From: Paraspadella gotoi
Lineage: Eukaryota > Animalia > Chaetognatha
NCBI GenBank assembly: GCA_051294375.1
Contig: CM119268.1
Span: forward strand, 19,598,625 to 19,662,624
Length of the DNA: 64,000 nt
Direction: 5' to 3'
Part shown: positions 1-13,381 of the stretch, piece by piece
How positions within the stretch are numbered: the first letter of the stretch is position 1
How the letters are laid out: every line of letters starts with the position of its first letter
Position numbers and translations under genes: made by a program
Notes under the pieces: generated by a model
Database searches by the model: none
What the model saw: the letters and a program-made list of their open reading frames with translations, nothing else
What the model was told of the DNA's origin: nothing

Positions 1-620
1 CAAGATGTATTAATAATAAAATAATTTCATCGGTTTATTAATCATTAGTAATATTAATCAATCGTCAATGTAACAATCAAATTAATAATCACTTAATTAA
101 CTATCAATCAATCATTCAATTTATACAATTAATTAATTATTCAATCATATCAAACCAATCAATCAAGGTCAATCAATTAATCGTTTTGGAGGTCGTTTGT
201 CTCGTCATATCTTCGTGTTTGCTTTTGTCTTTGGTCCAGTGACCAAAAAGACCATAAACCAACATGTTTGAGCAAAACCAATGTCGGATTCAAATTAATT
301 AATTAACTAATTAATTAATTACCGCTAATGATCAGCAGATCCCGACTCTATAATAAGCCGGAACAGGTTTGAAAACTACTAAGTTCTCTCAAATAAAATA
401 ATGGTTAAGTGATTGTTAGAGAATATGAAAATGAAAATAATTTTTAAAATTTGCTTGTTTGATAAGCGGCATGGGATCCAATTTAATAGATTCTGATAGA
501 GCTTAAAAGTTCAGATAAAGGTTTATTAATATAACTTTTAAAATTTTTTTGTTTTATTAATGGAAAAATATAAAAAACTATAAAAATTTAGCCGATTGAT
601 TGATGATGATTGTTGTAAGG

Positions 621-1080
621 TTTTTAGTCGGATCTGCCATATCGCGATTCCGACTTTATAATTCACTTTGTCGATCGTCTGTCCACACCCCAATCTTGTC
701 GGTCATTTCACTAGATCATCTCAGAACCTCAAATTCATGATAAATTATGCAAAAAAGTTGGTGTCCGTTCGTCAGTCCGTCCCACCTTAACAAAAAACAA
801 ACCAATTACTCGTGATTGGATGGTTTTATTGGAATGAATTTTGTGTGGGATGAAAGTGTGTGATGAGTAGTATATACAAGCATTTGTCTTGAATCGTGCG
901 AGGGAAAATGAGTTTAAATGGAAAAAAACAAAGTCATATTTACTTGAATATTCTTTACTTTATATTTACTTATAAGTTATTATATTTTTTTAAAATTGGA
1001 TAGATAAATTTAATTTAAATTGGTGTTGTGGGTAAGGAAAGTATGCATGGTAGCTGGCAAATAATTTTTTGATGGAATCG
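621..1080 (+). mobile_element. Partial copy of Helentron-associated (DINE-1/HINE-like) non-autonomous element, family A
   Basis: Begins TTTTTAGTCGGATCTGC with a degenerate hairpin, then GTCC-type repeats and the 'gaaatgagtttaaatggaaaa' internal units shared with the other copies. Confidence 0.65.
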
Positions 1081-1789
1081 TAGGATCAAACTCTTTTCTA
1101 TTCTTTTCCTGTACTGAAAGATTTTTTGACCTGCCGTCTCCAGTCATTTTTCCCTGTCATTTAGTTGTCTCGCTGTGCGATACTTGGCGTTCGTGAAGTA
1201 AACAGCTGTCTGTTGCTTAGAAACGTTGCGTATGTGTTTAGGAAAATTCAGTACTGTATTGGAACGCCAGGGATCGCCCACTGCTCACAGAAGAACAATC
1301 GATTTTCTACCACTTCCCCGGCGATGACGCTCACTAGTATGAGATTTATAAATGTTGTGGGAATTAATCTTTGAAAAATTTTGATTAAAATAAAATTAAA
1401 ATTGTTTAAAGGTTTTTAAATACACATCAAATTGGCATACATCATTCAAGTACGTTATCAACTCGGCGTTTGGAGAATATATTTTCAGCTGAGGCTAACT
1501 AATGACAGAACTAATTAAGACCCAGTTCTTTCACTTAATAGTAGCTTTCTTTTAGCCTTTCTTTTAGCCAAAAAACGCTTGTCACTTGTCATTCAATCAT
1601 AATCGTTTATCTTGGAAAAGATTGGCTGTATGGAACCGTAGTTTTTTATGGAATCCAAGGTATTTTCTACTTGAAATTTATATACTGAAGAGAAGTTAAG
1701 AAACTGACTACTGAACGTCACTAGCAAGTTTTTTTTTGCAATATCCAAACTGAATAAATGATAGAAAGAATTGACTACCATGCTCTGAA

Positions 1790-2520
1790 CATTAATATTT
1801 TTTTATTCAGATTTGGCAAAAAATGGTCGTGGCAAGCAGTGCAAAAAGATTGGTCCCCTATAAAGTAAAAACCAGGCTGGAGTTGTTGTTGAAATGTGAT
1901 GGATTGCATTGTCTTTCATTTCAACAAAATCTTTATTTTTTTTTTGGAGTTAGTTTGTTTATTTGGTTCTGATAATAATCCAGAGGTAAATAAAAATGAT
2001 AACTTCTCATGAAAGGATTACCCAGAGCATTATAGCTTTTATGATACTTTACAAATATAAAAAGAATATTCTGGAGCATCACAGCCGTTAACGTATTTTT
2101 AATGCCGCTATTTTTTTTGACCATATGAATTTAAGATTCATCCCTGAATCATCCTAATGCGAGCTGATGCAATAAACTATTTAATGAGTGACTGAGAAAA
2201 GGCAGGGATTTTTAATAGTAACGGTTTAACTAAAAGTAATAAAAAAAGAACCGGAAATTATTATAAAATTGAAAAGTGTGACATTAAAAAGATTAAAAAG
2301 AAGGAAGCATTTTTTTGGGACAAACTCATTTTCTATTCGCATGGCATCTCATGTATTGTCGTACATAAAATGAGACACAGCTCATATGAAGTCACAAAAG
2401 CACCAAAGATTCTCGATATGTAAGTTTTATTTTTCGATTCTTACATTAAAATGCGAAAAATAGCTGGAAAAGTTGACCGCGACAATTTTTCCCATCATGG
2501 TAATCTGCGATATAAGCGTC
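1790..2520 (-). repeat. Diverged interspersed repeat, homologous to about 5100-5740 (+) and 6620-7260
   Basis: Alignable blocks, e.g. 1807 'tcagatttggcaaaaaatggtcgtggcaagcagtgcaaaaagattggtcccctataaagtaaaaaccaggc' vs 6630 'tcagatttggggtaaaaatggtccttagcaagcagtgaaaaaagattgatcctctataaagtaaaccaggc'. Confidence 0.7.
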
Positions 2521-4368
2521 TCCGCAACAAGGATTCAATAATGAATGATGATGCAGATACTGGCTTTACTGCTGCAACTAGAATACGATAAAAAACCTAT
2601 TTATTTAGTATTAGAAAAAGATATAGACGGCATATCTTTGTTCGTGCCAAGTGACATCATTAAATTATTACTATATCAGGTTTTATTAAGGGTTGAAAAC
2701 GACCATTTTTCGTCATTTTTCAAGATCTAGGTGCATTAATGTAAAAATGGCTTAACTTTTAGAAAAATAAATTATATCGTGAATCGCTAATCAGGCTACA
2801 TAATGCCAATAAAATATAATTTAATTTTATTATTTATAATAAAGTACTTTTTCAGGAGCAATATTTAAAAATTATTTTTTTTTTAGCATCAGTTATATTA
2901 AAAAACCTAAAATCGATTTTATTTTAAATGTTCATGAAGTTTACTATCTAGTATTATATGTTTTAAAAAATAATCAATGAATTAAAAACAATTACGGATA
3001 TAATTCGTTAAAATTCACTACTTTATGCAAATTAAACTATTATCCAAAGGATTGTTTTGATATGTTATCAGCATATAGAGCAACCATAAGGGTCTTATAT
3101 GTATAAATAAGTCAATCTATGCTGTAATTTAAGCATGAGACACATTTAAAATTTTCGTGTTCAAAAAAGAGCCTTCTGCCAAAATTTTTTAGAAGTACTC
3201 CAAAACCTTATGGGCAACAAAACCAAACTGTGCTCCATCTTTTACGGTATTTTAAGCTCATTTTAAGTCATGATTGCAAAGAGTTATTCAGACCCCTGAA
3301 ACTTGTGTAGGCTTTTCAAGACGCCCGCCTATACAGTCGCAAAGATAGGCCGACAAAAAACAGACGGATTTTCAAGATAGGCGGATAAACAGAAAGACAG
3401 ACAGACACAATGACAGAGAGACTAACATACGGACTCCAATCTTCCATTCTTCACCAAAAACAGTTTTTAGTCTGAAAAGTCAAATTTAGGTCCTTGAACT
3501 CTTTTCGCCCGAGAGGCCGACACCAAGGTCACGGAAGGGGTCATTCGAGGAGGTCATCCCGAGGTCACTTTGGAGTCAGAGAGAGAGGGTCGGTAAGGAG
3601 GTCATCTCGCCGAGGTCACTCGCTTTGGTCGCCTCGATTTCCCCGGTCGAATCCTTTCTTGAGGTTCAGATCCTGGGGTTCAGGTCTTGGTTTCAATACT
3701 CAGGCTATGAATATGATCCGACAGATTAGGCTCATTTTCATTCTTGGACGTTTCCATCGAAACTTGATTTCAGGCTCAATCACATTTTTTTCCTACCACA
3801 TAACAAAATTTATATTCTAAACCATCCATCTAATTATAACTAAAAATCAGAAGAAAAAAAACAGCTAATGTATACTTATTTTCTCCACTTTAACTCATTT
3901 CCAAGTGAACGATTGCATGAAACTTGATTTCCTGCTCAATCACACACTTTTCTACCCATACAGTCCATCGACCCATACAATTCATCTAGTAAATGGCGTT
4001 CAAAGCAACGGGGGATAAACGGACGGACAGACGAACGGAACGAACAGACGGACGTGACTTACCAACAAGATTTAGGGTGGACCGACAGACCGACAAAGTG
4101 GATTATAGACAAAAAATGAAAATGCCAATCTTTGTGATTGTATGACCGGAAAGGACGCGTGCATATTAAAAATATGGGAAATGAGAATGAGTTGTGAGGG
4201 AAAAAAAAGAATTATTAAATTAATTTAATTATTTAAATTATATTAAATAAAGAAGGTAAGTTTCAGGTGAAGAGCTTTGAGATAAGAGAAACGTGACAAG
4301 GAGGGCAGAGGTTTCGCGTTTACCCTCTTGATTAGGAAATGGGCTTTGGCTGCATCCATTCATCTCTG

Positions 4369-4369
<1 letters not shown>

Positions 4370-4443
<74 letters not shown>

Positions 4444-4598
4444 GCTCACATTGGTTTGATGGACACTTTTTGATGTGTGTCGGGTGAGAGAAAAAAGAAT
4501 AGATATGTGAGAGAAAAAGAAGAAATGGTGCGGCGGGTTTTAAAATCGTCACCAGTACAACTATTTATCTCTCTACGCTCTCTTCTCTCTCTTTCTCA

Positions 4599-4652
<54 letters not shown>

Positions 4653-4655
4653 TCC
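4370..4655. repeat. (CT)n microsatellites (many more CT/AG tracts occur throughout the window)
   Basis: Direct inspection. Confidence 0.95.
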
Positions 4656-5816
4656 CTCTGATGCTGTTTCTTTTTTCCTTTTAGAAAGTGTTACGTTAAT
4701 GTAATTATGATGATAATCTTAATGTTTAGTGTGGAATTCCTTTATAACATATTCTTATGCCTCATTTCAATAATTCTGTTAGCCATAAGCCTCCATGTAT
4801 ATCAGAGCTCGTTTATTGACATAATTGACATCGGACATAGATAGACACTTGGTATCATTGGTAACAATAGGAGATTGACATAGTGAGTAGAAAGATGGAG
4901 AGGCTTAACTGTAAGACAAAATACTTTAACCATTTACTTTAACCATTTACAGAATATAACATGTTCAATAACAATACCTGGCTTATAGAATCCAAAGAGA
5001 TAAAATTCCATCTTTAAATAAGGATAAAATATTGAAATTTTTACAAGAGGTTTTTCTAGGCGTGAGACTGAAATGTTACTGACTAAAAAAACATTGTGAG
5101 AGTCAAGACTTGGCAGTTTATTCTATTATTCAGTCACGGAGACTGCTACGAAATCTACTTTCCAGTTATTTTTTGGCATTTTAATATAAGAATCAAAAAT
5201 AAAATTTACAATATAAAAAAAACTTTGGCTTTAGTGATTCATTTAAGCTGTGTCTCTTTTATGTATGACAAAAAATATAAGAGTTCCATGTAAGAAAATG
5301 CATTGTCCAAAAAATGCTTCCTTCATTTTTATCTTTTTATATCTACACTTTTTATTTATACTTATTTCCTGTTCTTTTTTTATTACTTTTTTGAGTTTAA
5401 CCAATACTATTAAAAATACCTACCGTTGCTTAGTCTCATGTCAATGGTTATTGCATTATCTCCATTAGATAGATTTAGAATGAATCTTAATTCATATGTC
5501 AAAAAAGCAAAGTTATCATTTTATTTATCTTTAGATGTATTATTAAAATCAAGTATCAAACAACTCCAAAAATAAAAAAATAAAAAATTTTACTGGAGTG
5601 AAAGACAATGAATTATTACATTACTGCAGCAACCACTCAAGCCTGGTTTACTTTATAGAGGATCAATCTTTTTCACTGCTTGCTAAGGACCATTTTTACC
5701 CCAATCTGATAAAAAATATCATGTCAGAAGATTATGTATATACTCTTTTTCGTTGTTTTGAAGTATTAGGAGAAAAACAGTTTTGGTTTGACAAAGATTT
5801 TTTTTTTGACATAATT

Positions 5817-5862
5817 AGCCAGACATGTTTCGGCTCATTCAGTTAGAGCCTTCATCAGTGCT
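5817..5862 (-). ncRNA. Minimal type I hammerhead ribozyme (Penelope pLTR type)
   Basis: Minus strand reads agca-CUGAUGA-a-GGCUC-loop-GAGCC-GAAA-CAU-GUC-uggcu: conserved core, 5-bp stem II and palindromic ACAUGU stem III. Confidence 0.8.
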
Positions 5863-5902
5863 TTGACAATCAATATTGAAGTCTCTGTTGAAGTAAGTTT
5901 TT

Positions 5903-5945
<43 letters not shown>

Positions 5946-6477
5946 TGAGGAGAGGGGAGGGGGGGGGTAGCAGCGTTTCCAACAAAGAATAAGGTAAGGG
6001 ACAGTGGTCAGATGTGAGGACAGCCTAAGGTGAGGAGAAGGAAGAAGTAAGTTTTTGAAAAATGAAAAGAGAGTTGGAGAGAGAGAGAGAGCAAAGCAAA
6101 AAATTAAACAATACCTTTAGCAATGTACAACAGAGATAAAGTGCAATAAATAAACCTAAAAATAAACTGAAATTAAATGTTAACAACAGAAAATAAATAA
6201 GTTAGTGAAATAGAGTGAAATTTGAAATAGAAAAGTAAGTGGTGAGGGATAGATAAGTGAAGAAAAGTGAAAGTAAGTAAAAGAAAGAGCTTAAAAACGA
6301 GGGCAGTGGCCACCTAGGGGCTGCCCTAGTAACTGCTGATGCAAGTTCAACCTCCGCCCCCCAGGAGGACGAACGATACCTTGCTGCTGAAGGACCGACC
6401 GCGCCCACCACAGCGCANNNNNNNNNNNNNNNNNNNNNNNNNCTTACTTCAACAGAGACTTCAATATTGATTGTCAA

Positions 6478-6523
6478 AGCACTGATGAAGGCTCTAACTG
6501 AATGAGCCGAAACATGTCTGGCT
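6478..6523 (+). ncRNA. Minimal type I hammerhead ribozyme (copy in the inverted duplicate)
   Basis: CTGATGA 6482-6488, GGCTC/GAGCC stem II, GAAA 6509-6512, predicted cleavage after GUC at 6518. Confidence 0.8.
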
Positions 6524-7689
6524 AATTATGTCAAAAAAAAAATCTTTGTCAAACCAAAAACTGTTTTTCTCCTAATACTTCAAAACAACGAAAAAGAGTA
6601 TATACATAATCTCTGACATGATATTTTTATCAGATTTGGGGTAAAAATGGTCCTTAGCAAGCAGTGAAAAAAGATTGATCCTCTATAAAGTAAACCAGGC
6701 GTTGAGTGGTTGCTGCGTAATGTAATAATTCATTGTCTTTCACTCCAGTAAAATTTTTATTTTTTTATTTTTGGAGTTGTTTGATACTTGATTTTAATAA
6801 TACATCTAAGATAAATAAAAATGATAACTTTGCTTTTTTGACATATGAATTAAGATTCATTCCTAAATCTATCCTAATGGAGATAATGCAATAACCATTT
6901 GACATGAGACTAAGAAACGGTAGGTATTTTTAATAGTATTGGTTAAACTCAAAAAGTAATAAAAAAGAACGGAAATAAGTATAAATAAAAAGTGTAGATA
7001 TAAAAAAGATAAAAATGAAGGAAGCATTTTTTTGGACAATGCATTTTCTTTTACATGGAACTCTTATTATTTTTTTGTCATACATAAAAGAGACACAGCT
7101 TTAAATGAATCACTAAAGGCCAAAGTTTTTTTTATGTTGAATTTTATTTTTTTGATTCTTATATTAAAATGCCAAAAAATAACTGGAAAGTAGATTTCGT
7201 AGCAGTCTCCGTGACTGAATAAATAGAATAACTGCCAAGTCTTGACTCTCACAATGTTTTTTTAGTCAGTAACATTTCAGTCTCACGCCTAGAAAAACTC
7301 TTGTAAAAATTATCAATATTTTATTCCTTTTAAAGATGGAATTTTATCTCTTTGGATTCTATAAGCCAGGTATTTTGTTATTTGAACATGTTATAGTTCT
7401 GTAAATGGTTAAAGTAAATGGTTAAAGTATTTTGTCTTACAGTTAAGCCTCTCCATCTTCTTACTTCTTACTATGTAATCTCCTATGTTACCAATGATAC
7501 CAGTGTCTATCAATGTCCGATGTCAATTATGTCAATAAACGAGCTCTGATATACATGGATGCTTATGGCTACGAATTATTGAAATGAGGCATAAATATGT
7601 TTATAGGAATTCCACACTTAACATTAAGATATATCATAAATTAACATTAACGTTAACATTTCTAAAGGAAAAAAAAACAGCATCAGAGG

Positions 7690-7728
<39 letters not shown>

Positions 7729-7729
7729 C

Positions 7730-9375
7730 AAAGCAAAATGTTCAAACAATACCATTTAGCAATGTACAACAAGAGATAAAGTGCATGAAATACCTAAACA
7801 ATAAACTGAAATTAAATGTTAACAAAAATATAATAAGTTAGTGAAATAGAGTGAAATTTGAAATAGTAAAAGTAAGTGGTGAGGGATAGATAAGTGAAGA
7901 AAGTGAAAGTTAAGTAAAAGGAAGAGGCTTTAAAAACGAGGGCAGGGCCACCTAGGGGCTGCCCTAGAACTGCTGATGCACAGTTCAACCTGCCGTCCCC
8001 CCAGGAGGACGAACGAATACGCTTGCTGCTGAAGGACGACCGGCGCCCCACCAAAGCGCAAGTGGGAGATAAGAGAAGCGTCCTCAGGAACGTGGGTCAT
8101 GGTCTGCGCCTCCGCTACCCCAGGGGAATCACTGAGGCACTGGCTGCGGGTGCTGGGCAAGCAGGGATTTCCCGTGGCAGTGACGACCCGCGCTCCTTAC
8201 GTGAGCAATTGGTGAAACCGAAAGACAAAATCCCCAGACCGAAAACATCAGGAGCCGTCTACTGGCGGCCTGTGCAGGGAAGGGCAACCAAACCCTGCAC
8301 AGCAGCATACGTGGGGCGAGACATGGAAGGAAAGTCTCTGACAGATCGGTTCAAGCAGCACACAAAGCTATATCGGGACCCACGTGGTCATTACTTATTG
8401 GCCATTGCCGAGCACACGGCAAATTCTGGCCATCTGTTCAGAGAAACTGACTGTCTTGTGCTGTCCCATGACCAGAACTGGTTTTCCAGAGGTATTAGAG
8501 AGGCAATCTACATCAAAGCTCTCGAACCCTCTCTGAACCGTGATGGAGGACGATTCGATCTCCCTCCAAGCTATGATTCACTTATCCAAATGGTGGTGGA
8601 ACGCCCAGAGCCACCCCAACCGCACAATGATTCCCCTGTCCCCACTCAACGGGTCAGGCGGAGGCCTCTCAGCAGGCAATGGACGTTCGATACCTTTCTC
8701 AAGCCTGTAGCAACTTGGCGCGACTCTCCTCGCGCCGAGCGTCGCCCAAAATGACGGCTACAGGAGGAGAGAGAGGAGTCTGTATCTCCTGTAGCAAAAC
8801 AGGCCAGAACAGGCAACTGCCTGCCTCACCGTCAGGTGAGAGAAGGGCTGTCGGCAGGCTTATCAGGCCAAAGGGATATACGAGTAGCACTCGGCATTTT
8901 CCCAGGCGGATCTCTTCCGGATCCCAGCATGTCAAACTCTACAAGTATACCCTCAAAACCTATGACAGGCCAATGACCCGACCTTATCGTCAACGTCCTC
9001 CATTTGCCCGGCCGGGGGGGGGCCAGCTCATTTTTGAGCTCTTTCTTTTACTTACTTTCACTTTTCTTCACTTATCTATCCCTCACCACTTACTTTTCTA
9101 TTTCAAATTTCACTTTATTTCACTAACTTATTTATTTTCTGGTGTTAACATTTAATTTCAGTTTATTTTTAGGTTTATTTAATGGAATTTATCACTGTTG
9201 TACATTGCTAAATGTATTGTTTAATTTTTTGCTTTGCTCTCTCTCTCTCTCTCTCTCTCTCCCACTCTCTTTTCATTTTTCAAAAACTTACTTCTTCCCT
9301 CTCCTCACCTTCAGCTGTCCTCACATCTGACCACTGTCCCTTACCTTATTCTTTGTTGGAAACTCTCCCTCAATT

Positions 9376-9410
<35 letters not shown>

Positions 9411-9430
9411 ACTTACTTCAACAGAGACTT
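7730..9430 (+). mobile_element. 5'-truncated Penelope-like retroelement with an inverted upstream pLTR (about 7730-7935, also 5817-6295) and a downstream pLTR (about 9030-9430)
   Basis: GIY-YIG ORF; 9030-9430 is the reverse complement of about 5880-6295, whose continuation carries the hammerhead. Confidence 0.85.
8023..8754 (+). pseudogene. Penelope-type RT linker plus C-terminal GIY-YIG endonuclease (frameshifted, RT missing)
   Basis: Motifs LREQLVKPKD..SGAVY..C..YVG..L.DRFKQH..AIAEH..SGH.F..R.IREAIYI..PSLNRDGG are typical of PLE endonucleases. Confidence 0.9.
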
Positions 9431-9519
9431 TTTTTTTTATCACTGTGCGCTTCCTTACAAATTTTTGGGAAATTTTGTTGGATTCAAGATAAAAAATGAT
9501 GACTCCTGACTTTTGGCCG

Positions 9520-10761
9520 CGAATATAATTCACTTTGTCGGTCCGTCGGTCCACCCCCTGAATATTGTCGGGCACTAACTTATATCATGTCAAAACATCG
9601 AATTATGATAAATTATGCCAAAAAAAAGTATGTCCGTTTGTCCGTCCGTCCGTCCGTCCGTCCGTCCCACCTTAGCAAAAAACACCAATTACTCGTGATT
9701 GGATGGATGGATTTGAATGAAATTTTGTGTGTGGGTAGGGAAGAGTGTGATTGAGCTGGATATAAAGTTTCGATGGAATCGTCCGAGTGGAAATGAGTTT
9801 AAATGAAAAAAACCAAAAAATATAATTCACTATTTGAACAAAAATTGCTCATGAGTGGATCGGGCGATTGACCTGGAATTTTGTATGTGAGTAGGAAAGT
9901 GTGTGATTGAACAGGAAACCAAGTTTCAAATGGAATCGTTTGAGTGGAAATGAGTTTAAATGGAAAAAAACAAAAAACCTGTTTCACTAATAGATTATGA
10001 ATTTTTTTTCTTTTTAAATTAAATGTATATGCAGGAAGTATTAATAAATCAAATAATTAATTAGTTAATTAATCATTTAGTCAATTAATTAATCACTAAT
10101 TAATTAATCAGTCAATCAATCTGTCCATCCGTCCCACCTTAGCAAAAAGCCTCAATAACTCGTGATTGGCAGGTTGGATCGGAATGAAATTTTGTGTATG
10201 GGTGGGAAAATGTGTGATGAAGCTGGATATAAAGTTTCGACGGAATCGTGTGAGTGAATATGAGTTTAAATGGAAAAGACATAAGTCGCATTTACTAAAA
10301 TATTTTTACTTATTTTAACCAATAAATATACTCTAATTAATCATAATTGGATGGATAGATTGAGTTCAAATTTTGTGTGTGGGTAGGAAAATGTGTGACG
10401 AAGCTTGATATAAAGTTTCGGTACGAGTGGAAAGGAGTTTAAATGAAAAAAATATGAGTCACATTTACTTGACTCTTTTTGCTTATTTTAACCCATAATA
10501 GATTGAGATGAAATTTTGTGAGCGGGAAGGAAAGTTTGTGAAGAAGCTAGATATAAAGTTTTGATGGAATTGTGCCAGTGGAAATGAGTTTAAATGGAAA
10601 ATATGTAAGTCTTATTTACTTTATTTTAGGGACATCGATGATGATAAGCTGTATATAAATTTATAATTAATTGTTCAATATTAAAATTAATTAATTAATC
10701 GATTAATTAATTAATTAATTAATTTTCGTAGGCAGATCCGACATTGTTTGCTCAAACTTGT
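9520..10761 (+). mobile_element. HINE family A copy (5' hairpin missing)
   Basis: (GTCC)n at about 9640-9666, internal repeats, 3' end GCAGATCCGACATTGTTTGCTCAAACTTGTT. Confidence 0.75.
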
Positions 10762-11000
10762 TGTGACTGCAATCTTCCTGATTAATGAAAATTTAAGATA
10801 GAGAAGCATTCTTTCTAGAACTGTTGACCTTCTGACATCAACAATAGTGACAGAAATGACAGCATTCCCAAAGGGCGCCCAAAAGCATATGCCTCCTTCT
10901 CTGAACCTTTAGGTCATGCTTTGGAAGTGTACCAATTTTCATTCGATTATTTTTTTATTGACCCATCCAAACGATTTTTTAAAGTTGGTTTCGAAAGAGC

Positions 11001-11014
11001 TGGACCACCCTGTA
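11001..11014. mobile_element. Single Tc1/mariner-type terminal inverted repeat plus TA
   Basis: tggaccaccctg|ta is the reverse complement of TA|CAGGGTGGTCCA; partner TIR not seen. Confidence 0.45.
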
Positions 11015-11257
11015 CTTATGGAATTGGAGATAAGTAATACTTTTCTTTCTTAACTAAAAGAATTGTTTACTTCTCGAATCGAGATACAAATTGAAAAAGA
11101 TAATAAAAAGGAAAATAAAACACATCGGATGACGAAATAAAAGAGGAGGAGGAGGAGGAGGAGGATGAGGAGGAGAAAAGAAAGTTGAGGAATGAGGAGT
11201 AAACAGAAAAAAAATTGAATGAATGAGAGGAAATGAAAAAAAAAGGAAGAAGAAGAA

Positions 11258-11652
11258 AACAAGTTTGAGCAAACAATGTCGGATCTCCCACGATAACTTG
11301 CATAATTTAATCAACTTGCATTAATTGGTCAACTGGCATAATTTGGTCAACTGACATAATTTGGTCAACTGACTTAATTTGTTTAACTGACATAATTTGG
11401 TTAACTGACATAATTTGATCAACTGACATAATTTGGTCAACTGACACAATTTGGTCAATTAAATAATTTGGTCAACTGGCATAATTTTATCAACTGGCAT
11501 AAATTGGGTCAACTGGCATAATTTGGTCAACTGGCATAATTTGGTCAACTTGCAGAATTTTGTCAACTGGCTTAATTTGGTCAACTGGCATAATTTGGTC
11601 AACTTGCATAATTTGTTCAACTGGCATATTTTTGTCAATTGGCATAATTTGG

Positions 11653-11711
<59 letters not shown>

Positions 11712-12355
11712 GATACAATCAATCAATCAGAGAGAGATAGTGAGAGAGAAACTTTAAACAATTCAATTCAATTCCTACCCACGCACATAATTCCATTTCA
11801 ATTTATCTATCCAATTTTTAATAAACATAATTATTATGAGTAAATTTAAGTAAAAATACTTCAAGTAAATATGAATTTTTTTTCCCTTTTAACTCATTTC
11901 CACTCGCACAATTCCATCGAAACTTTATATCCAGCTTAATCACACACTTTCCTATCATCATACAAAATTTCAAGCCAATTGCACTATCCACTCATGAGCA
12001 TTTAGCGTTCAAATAGTGAAATATATTTTTTTGTTTTTTCCATTTAAACCAATTTTCACTCGCAAGATTCCATCGAAACTTCATATCCATCTCAATCACA
12101 CAGTTTCCTACCCACACACAAAATTTCATACCAATCCATCCATTCAATCACGAGTAATTTGAGTTTTTTGCTAAGGGGGGACGGACAGACGGACGGACGG
12201 ACGGACGGACATCATTTTTTTTGCATAATTTATCATAATTCGAGGTTCTGATATGATAATAATGATTTAGCGACAATATTTTGGGGTGGGACCGACGGAC
12301 CGACCAAGTGAATTATAGAGTCGGAATCTGCTGATAAGCAGATCCGACTAAAAAA
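11258..12355 (-). mobile_element. Full-length HINE family A copy with an 18-bp minisatellite and (ATCA)n
   Basis: Both termini present: AACAAGTTTGAGCAAACAATGTCGGATCT at 11258 and the hairpin GTCGGAATCTGC-tgataa-GCAGATCCGACTAAAAA at about 12320-12355; (GGAC)n; (AATTTGGTCAACTGGCAT)n at 11300-11655. Confidence 0.8.
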
Positions 12356-13130
12356 ATCTGAATTAAGCGTTCATTAAGTCGCGTTTCTTCTTTATTTGAT
12401 TTCCATTTAAATATACGAAGCAAAAAAAATATCAATATGTTGTATCAATTAGTTTACTTTTTTATTTATCAGAACATCTTCCATTGTTGTCTCTATTTAT
12501 CTTTTTTTCCATCTCTTACAGCTACTTCCTCCTTTTTCTCTTCCTATTCCAAAAACGCGTGATTTTGACGAGAAAACCCTTTTTTCTCTTTTCGATCTTC
12601 CTTCTTTAGCGGTAATTCTATATACAAACAGACAGATAGATAGATAGAGAGAAAGATAAAAAGTTAGACCAACATACCTAAAAGAGAGAAAAAAATAAAA
12701 AAAATAAAAAAAATAAAAAAAATAAAAAACATCCGTCAAAAGACGAAAAAAGAAAAAAAAATTCGCGCGATAAAAAAGAGAAGAAAAAAAAACAACAAAA
12801 AACTCGAAAATAAATTTTCTCGGCTTTAAACTCGGTCGAGTGATTTCAACGCCTCTCAGAGCCTCTCACCCATTCCCACGATCCTTTCCCAAACTTATTT
12901 GAAGTTTCTCTCGACGAGCGCAACTCACCCCAACCTCATCGCCGCCTCACCTTACCCTCGAAATCCCTCGAAAAGGCTTTCGACCGCCATCCATCCCTGA
13001 AAAAGCGAATGAGCGTCGAAGCTTTGGAAAAAAAGGCGATGGGTTCAAGTTAACAAGGACGACGACGACGACTCTAAATTCTATCTTTTTTTTTGCAATC
13101 ACTCTCTCTCTATATCTCAAAGTCATCTCG

Positions 13131-13161
<31 letters not shown>

Positions 13162-13381
13162 TCTCTCTCACTCTCTCTCGTCTCTCTTTCTTAGATTTTC
13201 AATGACGTATTCTCGATCGCTCGATCTTCGCCGAGGAGGGTCAGGGTTGCTCTTTTTTTTTCTCGGCCGTAGAGAAGAACCTCTGGTGGATAGCGAGTGA
13301 GTTAAAAAGACTTCACCGCGGTCGAGAGCGGAAGGTTTCTAAGCAGATATCAACATATGTGTTGCAGTGGCGACTCTGGCT

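Larger units (their letters stand above)
4660..7690. repeat. Large inverted duplication, arms about 4660-5897 and 6443-7690, around a 25-N gap
   Basis: 6443 'cttacttcaacagagact...' is the reverse complement of 5880-5897; the match continues to 7690 'catcagaggg'; twin ORFs MRVKTWQ lie on opposite strands. Confidence 0.9.

Noticed and set aside
1165-1390. Minus-strand RRGSGRK peptide as a Tc1 transposase fragment
   Set aside because: Too short, flanked by stops, no DDE motifs or TIRs found
3494-3820. Arg/Gly-rich 108-aa ORF
   Set aside because: Built from short GAGGTCA repeats and runs into a HINE fragment; no recognisable domain or splice support
11300-11655. Regular 18-bp repeats as a CRISPR array or repeat protein (QLTKLC/QIMPVD ORFs)
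   Set aside because: Head-to-tail tandem units with no unique spacers, no cas genes, inside a eukaryotic TE
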